Assembly (NCBI RefSeq): GCF_009914755.1
Contig: NC_060932.1
DNA length: 64,000 nt
Direction: 5' to 3' (one strand)
Source of the DNA: the human T2T-CHM13v2.0 reference genome, Homo sapiens
The position numbers and the translations under genes are program-made. The notes below the pieces were generated by a model. That model saw nothing but the letters and a program-made list of their open reading frames with translations. It ran no database searches and had not been told where the DNA came from. This document shows, piece after piece, positions 1 to 15,640 of this stretch. How positions within the stretch are numbered: the first letter of the stretch is position 1; the number at the start of each line of letters is the position of its first letter.

Positions 1-246
1 AAATACAATGAAATATCAAAAGAGCTTAGCCAAATGCATGACCCTTGTGTGGGCTCATGATGTGGGCTGCTGTCATCACTCTTAGAGAAGCTGAGGAGGT
101 AGACTGATTTGTAGAGTTTGGGGCTCCTCAGGAAGTGCACCCCAGTAGTTACTGAGGATGTATGAAATTCCAGTTCAGCCTGAAGCAGTGGGTGATGCTT
201 TTTGAACCCTGCTGAAGGTATTTTGGGTCCTCAGCTTCAAGGGTGC

Positions 247-857
247 TATGTTAGTCCATTTTTGCATTGCCATAGACAAATACCTAGGGCTGGATAATTT
301 ATAAAGGAAAGAGGTTTATTTGGTTCACAATTCTGCAGGCTACAGATGCATGGCTCCAGCACCTGCTTCTGGTGAGGATCTCTGGAAGCTTTCAATCATG
401 GCAGAAGGTGAAGGGGGGCCAGCGTGTCACGTGGTGAGGAAGGAAGCCAGAGAGAGAGGAGGAGGAGTCAGGCTCCTGTAAACTACCAGCTCTCTAGTGA
501 ACTAACAGCAAGAACTCACTTTTAAAAAACATTTTTATGGGTACATAGTAGATGTATGTATTTATGGAATACATAAAATGTTTCGATACAAGCATGCAAA
601 GTGAAATAAGCACATCAAGGAGAATGGGGTATCCATCCCCTCAATAATTTATCCTTTGAGTTACAAACAATCCAGTTACACACTTTAAGTTATTTTAGAC
701 TTATTACAATAGTGTGTACAATACAATACAATAGTATTACAATTATGAGGGATCTGTCCCCATGACTCTAACACTTCCCACTAAGCCTCACCTCCAACAT
801 TGGGAATCACATTTCAACATGAGATTTGGAGGGGGACAAAACATCCAAACCATATGA
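247..857 (-). mobile_element. MSTB-like ERVL-MaLR solo LTR, interrupted by an L1 fragment
   Basis: Reverse-orientation MST termini (tatgttagtcc...ccaaaccatatga) and internal motifs (atcatggcagaaggtgaagg, caacatgagatttggaggggg). Perfect 5-bp TSD ggtgc at 242-246 and 858-862. Confidence 0.9.
520..745 (-). mobile_element. L1MA 3' end fragment nested in the MST LTR
   Basis: tttttatgggtacatagtag...gagaatggggtatccatcccctca...gagttacaaacaatcca is the reverse complement of an L1MA 3' UTR. Confidence 0.8.
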
Positions 858-2323
858 GGTGCTGAGCAACACGGTTATGGCTTGTGATTAAGAATCAGAA
901 AGAGAAATTAGAGAGAGAAGGAAAGGGGCTGGAGTAAATAATTGAGTCATTCTAATTTTTTGTTATTATAATCTGTCCTACGCGGGAGTCTCCCATCGCA
1001 CATCAGTTCTGAATTTCAAAGATGAAGTGCATCCAGGGAAAGAGCCAAGCACTTCCTCTGAAACTTAGTGATGGGATTGGTAAGATATTTAAACTCCTTG
1101 GCTCTTGGTTTCCTCATCCATAAAATAAGAATAATAATCCTAAAAAAGTAATAAGAAAAAGAGATATTAGTAGGATAAAAGAGAGATCTTATGTGAGGGT
1201 AATTCTTCTCAAGCTTTTAGCCCTATTGAAATTTCATTTCCTAAAATTCCATTCTCTGACTCCCACACAGTTTTGTTATGAGGTCAAGTCTCCCATCTTG
1301 GAATAAACAATAATCTTTCTCAACAGGCCTACCTGCTACTTTACCAAAGCCAACTGAGATGTATGAGGGCATTTATAGTTCTATACTGCACAGAGCTCTC
1401 ACCTTACGTGGAGCAGGTGGGCGCTTCCCTCCCCACTCCTCAAAGGGGGCCCTTTGTCTCTGCAACTGCTCTGGTGCTTCAGGCCCTCTCTGCAGACTGC
1501 AGTGCCTCCATGGAAATCCACAGATCGTTTCTTCAGAAAAGGGAAGGGGTGAGAAGCCTCCAAACGTCTGAGTATTTATAGCCTTTTATTCTGATTTGAA
1601 ACACTACCAATGCAGAAAGGTAAACCAGGGTCTCCAGAAGCTTTTTTTTTTTTTTTGGAAGTTTTGCCTGTGACCCACTTTAGGCACATTTCTGGCTTTC
1701 CTTGATGACCACCATCCTAAACCCAGCAGCATATGCCTAAGGATGCAGCCCAGGACTCAAATCTCAGCTCTGCCACTTACTAGAAGTCAGCGGTTTGCCC
1801 AGCATATGAAGAATTTCAGGTAAAATCACTATCACAATATAAAGGATTATAGTAAATTTATAACATATATACCTAAGTCATGTACAGATATAGGTAGAGA
1901 TAAGTGCATCTCCTACCCTTTAGGAACACAGCACTTGTCCTCAATTCTACTCTCCTCCTGTTTCCAGCAATCATCAATACCATCCTAGCGATCCATTTAA
2001 CTGTGTGTGAGTTTTAAAATTACAAATGAGAAAATTTTTTTCAAGTTTTGTAAAGAAGCATATGTAGCTCCTCAATATACTATGGGAGTTAATTCCACTC
2101 CTAAGAGATAAAGTGAAGATGCCGTCTTTTTGCAGGGGATGAGCAAGGCAGGAAAAGTGGAAAGCTGGCATAAGAGAAATTGACTGATATTAGTTGTACC
2201 AACTGAAGGAGAAGGCAAGAGGTTAACATGAGAAAGTCTAACTGTGACACTTTTAAGAAAACAATGTCAAAGTTAAGGGAAAGGCGGAAAAAGTACTATC
2301 AAAACCTACTTTATTTATTTTGA

Positions 2324-2790
2324 GTGCAGAACAAAATGGTGGAACAGAAACCTACACCATTCATTCCCCCTGCTGGTACACCAAACTTTAACAACTATCT
2401 GCTCACAGAAAAGCACCATCACAAGAATAGAAATCAGGGAGCAATCAGAGCACCTGGTTTTAGGTCATCCTTGACAGAGGCATTAAAGAGGTCAGGAGAC
2501 ACAGTTCTGAAGCTCTAACAACACCCGCTTTCCATCCCCCAGCAACAGCTAAGCAGTCTGGAGAGAGAATCTGTCCACTTTGGGGAAGGAGAGCACAGTG
2601 ACAGGGAGACTTTACATGGAACTCAATGCTGCCCTGTCACAGCATAGAATAAAGCCATGTGGGGCTCAGCCAGTACCTGTGCACAGAGGGAGCACTTGAA
2701 CAAACCCAGAGAAAGGGGAATTGCCTATCCCAGTGGTCAGAACTTGGGTTTCTCTGCAAGCCTTACCACCATGGGCTGACGTGCTCTGGG
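2324..2790 (+). mobile_element. L1M1/L1MA 5' UTR remnant
   Basis: caaaatggtggaacagaa...tttaacaactatct...cacctggtttt resembles the L1M1-type 5' end as I recall it. Confidence 0.65.
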
Positions 2791-2824
2791 GAGACAATTT
2801 GACTTCCTCTTTTCCTATCTTTTC

Positions 2825-5245
<2,421 letters not shown>

Positions 5246-5269
5246 ACTGAAAAAAGAAATAAGTGAATG

Positions 5270-8200
5270 TGAAATGAAGAAAGCAATACAAAAGATCAAT
5301 GAAAAAAAAAGGTGGTTTTTGAAAAGATAAAATTGACAAACCTTTAGCCAGACTAAGAAAAAAAAAAGACCAAAGTAAATAAAATCAAAGGTGAAACAGG
5401 AGACATTATAGCTGATACTTCAGAAATTCAAGGTATCTTTAGTGGCTACGCTAAGCAACTATTTGCCAATACATTAGAAAATCTAAATTCCTAGACACAT
5501 ACAACTTATCAACATTGAACTATGAAGAAATCCAAAACCTGGACAGACCAATAACAAGTAACAAGATTGAAGCCATAATAAAAAAAGTCTTCCAGTACAG
5601 AAAAGCCTGGGACCCTATGGCCTCACTGCTGAATTCTACCAAACATTATAATAACTAATACCAATCCTACTCAAACTGTTCCAAAAAATAGAGGAGGAGG
5701 GAATACTTCCAAAATCATTATATGAGGCCAGTATTAACTTGATACCAAAACCATACGAAGATATATCAAAAAAAGAAAACTACAGGCTGATATTGCTGAT
5801 GAATATAGATGAAAAATCTGTAACAAAATACCAGCAAACTGAATTCAACAATACATTAAAAAGATCACTCATCATGACCAAGTGGGATTTATCCCAGGGA
5901 TGAAAAGATGGTTTAACATACACAACTCGATCAATGTGATACTTCATATTAACAGAATGAAGGATTGAAGAAAATGATATGATCATTTTAATTGATGCTG
6001 TAAAAGCATTTGAAAAAGTTCAACATTCATTAGTGATAACAACCCTCAAAAAAACTGGGTATAGAGGAAACATACTTCAACATAATAAAAGTCATATGAT
6101 ATGGTTTGTCTGTGTCTCCACCCAAATCTCACCTTAAATTGTTGTTCCCATAATCCCATGTGTCATGGGAGGGACCCAGTGGGAGGCAATTGAATCATGG
6201 AGGAGGTTACCCTCATGCTGTTCTCATGACAGGGAGTGAGTTCTTATGAGAGCTGATGGTTTTATAAGGGATTTTCCCCCTTTGCTTGGCACTTTTCTCT
6301 CCTGCTGGCATGTGAAGGACGTGTTTGCTTCCCCTTCCACCATGAATGTAAGTTTCCTGAGGCCTTCTTAGCCACGTGAAACTATGAGTCAATTAAGCCT
6401 CTTTCCTTTATAAATTACCTGGTCTTTATTAGCCGTATGAGAACAGACTAATACACCATATATAACAGACCCTCAGTTAGAATCATATTAAATGGGGAAA
6501 AACTGAAAGCTTTTCCTCTTAGATCTGGAACACGACAAGAATGTCCACTTTCATCACTGTTATGCAACATAGTACTGGAAGTCCTACCTGGACCAATCAG
6601 GCAAGAGAAAGAAATAAAAAGCATGCAATTTGGAAAGGAAGAAGTCAAATTATCTTTGTTTGCAGATGATATGATCTCATATTTGGAAAAAAACCTAAAG
6701 ACTTCATCAAAAAACTATTAGAACTGATAAATTCAGTAAAGTTGCAGGATACAAAATTAACATAGAAAAATCAGTAGCATTTCTATATGCCAACAGTGAA
6801 CAATCTGAAAAAGAAATCAAAAGAGTAATCCCATTTACAATAGCCACAAATAAAATAGCTAGGAATTAGCTTAATCAAAGTGAAAGTGAAAGGTCTCTAC
6901 AGTGAAAGCTATAAAATAGTGATGAAAGTAATTGAAGAGGATACACACAAAAAAGTGGAAAGATATTGTTAAAATGGTTATACTACCCAAAGCAATCTAC
7001 AGATTCAATGCAATATCTAATAAAATACCAATGACATTCTTCACAGAAATAGAAAAGGTATTCCTAAAGTTTATATGGAATCACAAAAGACCCAGAATAG
7101 ACAAAGCTATCATAAACAAAAAGAACAAAACGGGAGGAATCACATTACCAGACTTCAAATTATACTACAGAGTTATAGTAACCGAAATAGCATGGTACCA
7201 GCATAAAAACAAACCCATAGACCAACAGAACACAATAGGGAACCCAGAAAAAAATTCACACACCAATAGTGAGCTCATTTTCGACAAAGGTGCCAACAAC
7301 ACACATTGGAGAAAAGACAATCTCTTCAATAAGTGATGCTGGAAAAACTAGATATCCATATGTAAAAGAATGAAACAAGACCCCTATCTCTCATCATATA
7401 CAAAAACCAAGTCAAAATGAATTATAGACTTAAATCTAAGACCTCAAACTATGAAACTACTACAAGAAAACATTGAGGACACTCTCCAGGACATTGGACT
7501 GGGCAAACATTTCTTGAATAATATCTCGTAAGCACAAACAACCAAAGCAAAAATGGACAAATGGAATCACATCAAGTTAAAAAACTTCTGCATAGCAAAA
7601 GAAACAATGAAGTGAAGAGACAATCCACAGGATGGGAGAAAATATTTGCAAACTACCCATCTAACAAGATATTGGTAACCAGAATATATAAGAATTTTAA
7701 ACAACTATATAGGAAAAAATCTAATAATCTAATTTAATAGTAAGCAAACTATTTGAATAGACATTTTTCAAAAGAAGACATACAATAGGCAAACAGGCAT
7801 ATGGAAAGATGCTTGACATTATTGATCATCAGAGAAATGCAAATCAAAAGTGTGAAATGTCATCTCACCTCAGTTAAAAAGGCTTTTATCCAAAAGTCAA
7901 GTAAATGCTGGTGAGGATGTGGAAAGAAGGGAACCTTCGTGTTGATGGGAGTGTAAATTAGTACAACCACTATGGAGAACAGTTTGGAGGTTCCTCCAAA
8001 AACTAAAAGTAGAGCTACCATACAATCCAGCAATCTCACTGCTGGGTTTATACCCGAAACAGAGGAAATCAGTATATTAAAGAGATATCTACCCTCTCAT
8101 GTTTGTTGCAGCACTATCAAAATAGCCAAGATTTGGAAGTAACCTAAGTGTCCATCAACAGATGAATGGATAAAGAACATGTGGTACATATATACAATGG

Positions 8201-8605
8201 AATACTAGTCAGCCATAAAAAAGAATGAGAGTCTGTCATTTGCAACAACATGGATGGAACTGAAAATCAGTATGTTAAGTGAAATAAGCTAGGCACAGAA
8301 AGACAAACTTCACATGTTCTCACTTATTTGTGGGATGATTAATGGATACAAAAAAAAATAGATGAGTAAATAAGACCAACTATTTGATAGCACAACAGGG
8401 GGACTATAATCAATAATTTAATTGTGCATTTTTAAAAAATTAAGAGTATACTTGGATTGTAACACAAGGGATAAATACTTGGGGAAATGAATACACAATT
8501 TCATTGATGTGATTATTACGCATTGCATGGCTGTACCAAAATATCTCATGTAACTCATAAATATATATACTTAATATGTACCCACAAAAATTAAAAATAA
8601 AACAG
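5270..8605 (+). mobile_element. L1MA (L1MA2/3-like) ORF2 and 3' UTR, interrupted by THE1
   Basis: ORF2 peptide [12 protein letters not shown]...[12 protein letters not shown] (6932-7336), tttgcagatgatatg RT motif, and L1MA 3' end tatgtacccacaaaaattaaaaataaaa. Confidence 0.9.
6097..6455 (+). mobile_element. THE1 (C/D-like) solo LTR inside L1MA ORF2
   Basis: Termini tgatatggtttg...cagactaataca. 5-bp TSD tcata/ccata at 6092-6096 and 6456-6460. Confidence 0.92.
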
Positions 8606-8619
8606 TTTTTTAAAAAACA

Positions 8620-8900
8620 CGCTGGGCACAGTGGCTCATGCCTGTAATCCCAGCACTTTGGGAGGCCAAGGTAGGTGGATCATAAGGTCAGGAGTTCAAG
8701 ACCAGCCTGGTCAACATGGTGAAACCCTATCTCTACTAAAAATACAAAAATTAGCCGGGTATGCTGGCAGGAGCCTGTAATCCCAGCTACCTGGTAGGCT
8801 GAGGCAGATAATTGCTTGAACCCGGAAGGCAGAGGTTGCAGTGAGCCAAGATCATGCCACTGCACTCTAGCCTGGGCAACAGAGCGAGACTCCATCTCCA
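8620..8900 (+). mobile_element. AluS (Sg-like)
   Basis: Full dimer with ggatcataaggtcaggagttcaagacc. The tail is converted to an AT minisatellite. Confidence 0.93.
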
Positions 8901-9301
8901 AATATATAAACATATATAAAATATATAAATATATATAAATATATATATAAAAATATAGATAAATATAGATAAATATAGATAAATATATAAATATATATAA
9001 ATATAGATAAAAATAGATAAATATAGATAAATATATAAATATAGATAAATATATCAATACATATAAATATATAAATATATATAAATCTATAAATACATAA
9101 ATATATAAATAAATATAAATATATATAAATATATAAATACATAAATATATAAATAAATATATAAATATATAAATATATAAATATATATAATATAAATATA
9201 CATAAATATATAAATACATGTAAATATATATTTATATATTTATATGTAAATATATATTTAAATATATATAAATATATATATAAATATATAAATATATATA
9301 T
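8901..9301. repeat. AT-rich degenerate tandem repeat (AAATATAT/AAATATAGAT units)
   Basis: About 400 bp of near-pure A/T with 8-10 bp periodicity, read directly. Confidence 0.95.
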
Positions 9302-9340
9302 GGCAATTAGTTAAGTATCATTAAACAAGAAGTTATCCAA

Positions 9341-9392
9341 GTGTGTGTGTGCATATAAGAGAGAGAGAGAGAGAGAGAAAGAAAGAGAGAGA
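9341..9392. repeat. (GT)n and (GA)n microsatellites
   Basis: gtgtgtgtgtg followed by a gagagaga tract. Confidence 0.85.
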
Positions 9393-9726
9393 CACAAAGG
9401 AGTTGAGAAAGAGAATAGAAGGTAGAATTGAAGCAGCTGGCTACGTTAGATAAAATACTAAAATACGTGCATGTGTAAGTTGCCACCATTACATAAGATC
9501 ATTGCCACAACCATAAACTATCCTAACAGAGTGAAAACAACTCAACAACTTTATGAGTACCAACACAGTGAAACATACACATGCACATTCAGAATGTCTT
9601 AAAGCTTTCGCAATGGCATGAATGAGTCTTAAATTGTAATAGTATATAATGCAAAGATTCCATTTTGAAACTAAGACAATACAGGCACATCTGCCCTGGA
9701 AGATGCACATTAGTCAGCATGGGGTC

Positions 9727-10196
9727 TGTAGCAGAAGTTGCTATTTGGCCTCCAACATCCATTTTCCCCTTCCCTCCTGGTAAAACAATTTTTGGCTAGG
9801 CAAATACCTGCCCAAAATAGGGATAATTGTTGCAAACCCTTCTGGGAGTCAGGACTAAGTCCTGGCCAATGGTCTAACAGGGAAAAGATTGTATGCAATT
9901 TCTGAGCTGTGCCCTTAAAGGGAAAAGATATGTCTTTCTCTTTCTCTTTCTCTTTGTCTTCCCTTTTCTCACTTCCTGAGGGCCTGAACGTAGAGTAGAT
10001 GTTGTAGGTCATCTTAGTCCATGTGAAAAAGATAGTGCCCTAGGAATAGCAGAACAACCAACAACAAGGCACCTTGAACTATTCAGTTTATAATGAGGCT
10101 GAACTTCTTACATGAGTAGGAAAAAAAATCTTTCTTGAATAAGCTACTACCATTCTCAGTCTCTGTCACAGAAACCAAGCGCATGTTAAGATATCA
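9727..10196 (+). mobile_element. MLT1 (I/J-like) MaLR LTR
   Basis: tgtagcaga start, gactaagtcctggccaatgg motif, and a degraded MLT1-type end. Confidence 0.65.
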
Positions 10197-10309
10197 TCTC
10201 TCTTTTTTGCAAAAGTGCTAACACCATGTCATTAAGTTTGCATTGACTAACATGCCAGAGTTAGGAGTATGATAGGGTATAAAGAATTCCACAACCTTCC
10301 TCTGAATAT

Positions 10310-11076
<767 letters not shown>

Positions 11077-13209
11077 CCGAAGTCTTAATTCTCTGACACT
11101 CTAAAGATATCCAAAAGTAGTTAGAAAGAAGAGTGATAAATGACAAAAAAAATTGAAAGTAAAACAGTGGGAAATAATGACACACGTTTATCTTCAGGTT
11201 GTTTGTGTGAAGTTTCTCAACTTCTCTTTTGTCACAGATCCTACTAGGTTTTCCCAGTATGTAACAATTTCAAGCAAAACCTTGTTCATGATATTGAAGA
11301 TTGTCATAAAATGTTCTGCTGTAAGCAATAAGCATCTCTAACATATAATGATCCTTTTGATAAAAAGATTTCTGGGCCAAATTAAAATAATAATTTGTTC
11401 AGCCAACAAACTAAGTGAACACACAAAGTTTCTTCAAGATATTCATTGTAAATCATCACGTAAGTTCATTTCTCTTTTACTTCCCTTCAAGCCAGGAAAG
11501 GCTTGAGGAACCCCTTGGCTGTTTGCCTGAATTTGCTATTGAAATACCTTTTAGAAAAGTCCAATTTCTGGCTTTGATTTTCTTGCATTCAGAGGAACTT
11601 CCTGTATATATGCTTGAAACTGTATGCATGACAGTAACAGCACAGTTTACTGATGAGTAATAGCTTTTTGGTTTCTTCTATTGCTAGTGAAAACGTAATT
11701 CTTATTAATAAGGGAATTCAGTGAGTATAAAAATGAAGGGAACAATAGTTTAAAAGCTACTCATTTCCAAAATGTTTTATTCATATTGCTTTATATTTTT
11801 ATAGACTTAATTTACTGATCTGACTCACCCTTAATTTTAAGAACTATAAACTATTGAAAGTATAACTGTCACCATACCAGAGGCAGCATTATCTTCGCTT
11901 GTCATCTTTCCAACTAGATAATAGATGTACAGAAACTAATCTTACTGTAATACTCTGCTGTGTGTAGTAAACTTCATGATAACAAATCTTTGTATTTTAA
12001 AATAGAGGCATCGAAAAAAATGTAGATGCAGAAAATTTAACACAACTAATTCCAAGAGGTCTTGCTGCTTTGAAATGCAGAGCTCCTGCCATAAAGTAAT
12101 GGATTACTAACTAGCACCTCTAATGTTCTTCTTTTAAAGAAAACCAGGCCAACAACAGACAATGAATATGTGGTAAAGGGTGACCCCTTCAAAAAGAGAA
12201 ATATTTGATCATCGCACTGCAGTAAATGGGACCAGATAGCACAGGTCATTCTCATAAGATGCTCTTACTGCTCTACTTATGAAGCCATTGCATTATCTTT
12301 GATGTCATATTGTTTCCTATTTTTCAGAACTTAAAGTCAGACCAGGATTTCTCTTGCTCACTTCACAGTGTGGTGCCACGTGGAAGAAACTAGCATGGGT
12401 TAGATTTCACCAGCCTGTGGATCCCATTGAGGTCTCATTTCAGTTAGTGCTAAAATTATAAGCTCCACCTTCTTGTGCAGGTGCTTAGCCACACTCAAAA
12501 AGTCCTGGGTCCCTTCTGACCGTACACGTGTGTGTTGTCTCAAGTCCACTTGTGTTCTGAGCTGCTGCCAGTACTTTCTGTAGGCACACAGATCCATCCT
12601 GTGCAGTTCTAACAAGTGCTCTCCACTGAGAGTGCCCAGTTTCTGCTTCCAGCCATGTCAGACTCTCCCAGGGTTCCATGTCTTGATCTGAAGAAATGAC
12701 CCCTTAGCAAAGTAACTCCAGGGGCCCTTGAAGAACATTGTCCTGCACAGTGTCTCACCAAGCCTCTCAGGAAGTCAGCACCTTCAGCTTCTGGCTCTGA
12801 GCACCTGGCCTGCCGTCAGCAGCTACTCCAACAAAACAGAAATCTCATCAAGGGGGAAAGAAAAGTTTCCCCTAAATCTTTAGAGAAGAAACGAAACCAA
12901 ACATTTTCCTCAAGGGACTCAAGTGCAGAAGAAATACAATTCTTATTGAATGGAAAAATGTTAGATTATCATGAGTGAGTAGCAGTTTAGTCATTTAGAG
13001 AAGTCATCTCAGACAACTTTCCTACTGGCAATTCTGTACAATTGCAGAGTTAAACAATTCCCTGTAGGGAGGTTTCCCAGATCAAAGGAACAGACTGCTC
13101 CAAGTCCCACTTTTGCAACATGGAACACAAAATTCTTGTTGTTTGAAGTTACTGACTATATTCTTAATCTTCTACCATCCACATTAATATATTAAAAATA
13201 TTAAAGACA

Positions 13210-13501
13210 GGCTGGTCATGGTGGCTCATGCCTGTAATCCCAGAGCTATGGGTGGCTGTGGCAGGAAGATTACTTGGGGCAGGAGTTCAAGACTAGCCTG
13301 GGCAACATAGCAGGACCCCATATTTACAAAAAAAATTAAAAATAGCAGGACATGATGGTGTGTAGTCCCAGCTACACAGGAGGCTGAGGTGGGAGGATCA
13401 CGTTAGACCAGGAAGTCGAGGCTGCAAGGAGCTATGATAGTGCCACTGCACTCCAGCCTAGGCAACAGAGTGAGACCTCGTCTAACAGAAAAAAAAAAAA
13501 A
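13210..13501 (+). mobile_element. AluJ
   Basis: gcctgggcaacatag, gggaggatcac...gtcgaggctgca. TSD-like aaagaca on both flanks. Confidence 0.9.
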
Positions 13502-14239
13502 GACAAATTATAAGATGCACCCAGGCTTAATTAGGAAGCTCTTTATCCCACCCCTTCGCCAATTCCCAACTGATCAGCAGTAAAATAAAGTTCAATTCTG
13601 AAACACAGGCTGCAAAACGCACCACATCTTGCTTCAAGAATGTTGCTGACATTTAACCTGGCTTTTTTCCCCAGAGAATCTTTAAGATTGCTATGAAAAT
13701 AATATGTATCTAAAAGAAATTGCTGAATAAAATAAGCAACTTCATGTCAATATGTATGATCTCTAGACATTTTTTATTATACCACAAGATCATGCAATAA
13801 GATCTTTTGTAAGATCTTATTGTTTTACAATTTCACAAACTGCTTTTCTCACCTCAAGCATATGGTAAGAATCTGTGATTCAAATGTTTCTCAAATTCTC
13901 TTTTTTTTAATGGCTCCATAATATTCCATCAATGAATAAAGCATAGTTTACTTAAGTATTACCATATTATTAAACATTTAGATGTTTTTGTTTTTAGCTA
14001 TTATAGAAAATGTTATAATGTGTAGCTTATACTTCATAAATCTTTGAATCTCAAATTATTCCCTTAGAACATATTCTGTAAAGTAAAATTTTGAAGCATA
14101 GAGAAAATATTTGGTATAAGTATATAGCAAAACTTCTTTTCATTAAATTTAACAATTTGTAAAACCCTAGAAATACATAAGTATTCATTTCACTAGATCC
14201 TTATTAACTTTGAATACTATCATTTAAAAAGTCTCCTCA

Positions 14240-15640
14240 CTTCTCAAGATGGAGTATCCAAGGTATGAATTTAACCTTCCCATTTAAAACAAATAAAACA
14301 CCAGACAAAGCAGATGAAACAATAACACTCAAAATATTGGACATCAGGCAGCCAAAAATAGAGATTCTTCAAAAATAAATGAGGCAAACACTTATTTATC
14401 CAGCTAACTGGAGAAAGTGTCTTCATGGCAACACAGAGACGGGGAGCCCAGGCAAAACTAAGTCTTCCTGAGTTGAGGAGAAAAAGTTGGCTGTCAGGGT
14501 GTATTAGTCTGTTTTCATGCTGCTGATAAAGATATATCTGAGACTGTGCAATTTACAAAAGAAAGAGGTTTAAGGGATTTACAGTTCAACGTGGCTGAAA
14601 AAGCCTTACAATCATGGCAGAAAGCAAGGAGGAGAAAGTCAAGTATTACATGGATGGCAGCAGGCAAAGAGAGAGTTCGTGCAGGGAAATCCCCATTTTA
14701 AGACCATCAGATCTTATAAGACTCTTTCACTATCACAAGAACAGTACAGGAAAGACCCGCCTCCAAAATTCAATCACCTCCCACAAGGTTCCTCCCACAA
14801 TGCATGGGAATTACAGGAGTTGCAATTCAAAATGAGATTTGGGTAAGGACACAGCCAAACCGTATAACTGGGGAAGCCAAGGAAACTAGGGTTCACATGG
14901 CAGAGTACTATAAAGGAAAAAAACTATAGATCTGCATCTGGTCCCTTCAAGTCTTGAGCTGAGTACAAGTCAGAGAATAAATGTGAGGAAGGGCCAAGAA
15001 AGAACCGCTCTAAGGAAATAGAAAGAATAGTGCTCAGATCAAATATAGAGCTTGGAATAGTGCTTATTCTCAACAGCCAGAATAGAGTACCTCATTTTGG
15101 GACCCATCTGTTAGAGTACTAAGAAGGGTCTTAATTCCTTAATGGGAAAAATTAACCTTAGATTAAATACAGTTCTTGTACCACCCAACAAATCTTAAAT
15201 AAAAGACCTGAAAATTTCAAACTGTTTCCAACTAATCTAATCACATACCAGAACAAAGCTTAACAATAATTATAGGAATACAAAATAACTAACACCTAGC
15301 AAGATAAAATTCACAATGTCTTGCATGCAATCAAAAATTGCCAAGCATGCAAAAGGAACAAAAACACAATCCATAATGAAGACAAAAATCTACTAATTAA
15401 AATTGATCCAATATGACATAGATAATAGAAGTAGTAAATAAGGATGTTAAAACAGTTATAGCTGAATTCCATATATTCAAAAAACTAGAATATTAAATAG
15501 ATTAAGTAGAGATATGGCAGATACAACAAAGACCCAAATTCAAAGACCTAAATTGAACTTTTGGAGATGAAGATTAAAATTTCTGAGATGAAAAATATAC
15601 TGGATGAGATTAATTGCAGATAAAATATTATGAAAGAGAG
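14240..15640 (+). mobile_element. Ancient L1 (L1MC/MD/M4-type) 5' region, interrupted by THE1
   Basis: A-rich L1 5'/ORF1-like sequence (aacacctagcaagataaaattcacaatgtct, gagatgaaaaatatactggatgagattaa). Confidence 0.6.
14500..14867 (-). mobile_element. THE1C-like solo LTR
   Basis: tgtattagtctgttttcatgctgctgataaaga...gacacagccaaaccgtataa. TSD caggg/ctggg. Confidence 0.92.

Noticed and set aside
8680-9219. 179-aa Y/I/L-rich ORF
   Set aside because: Translation of the AT minisatellite plus an antisense Alu.
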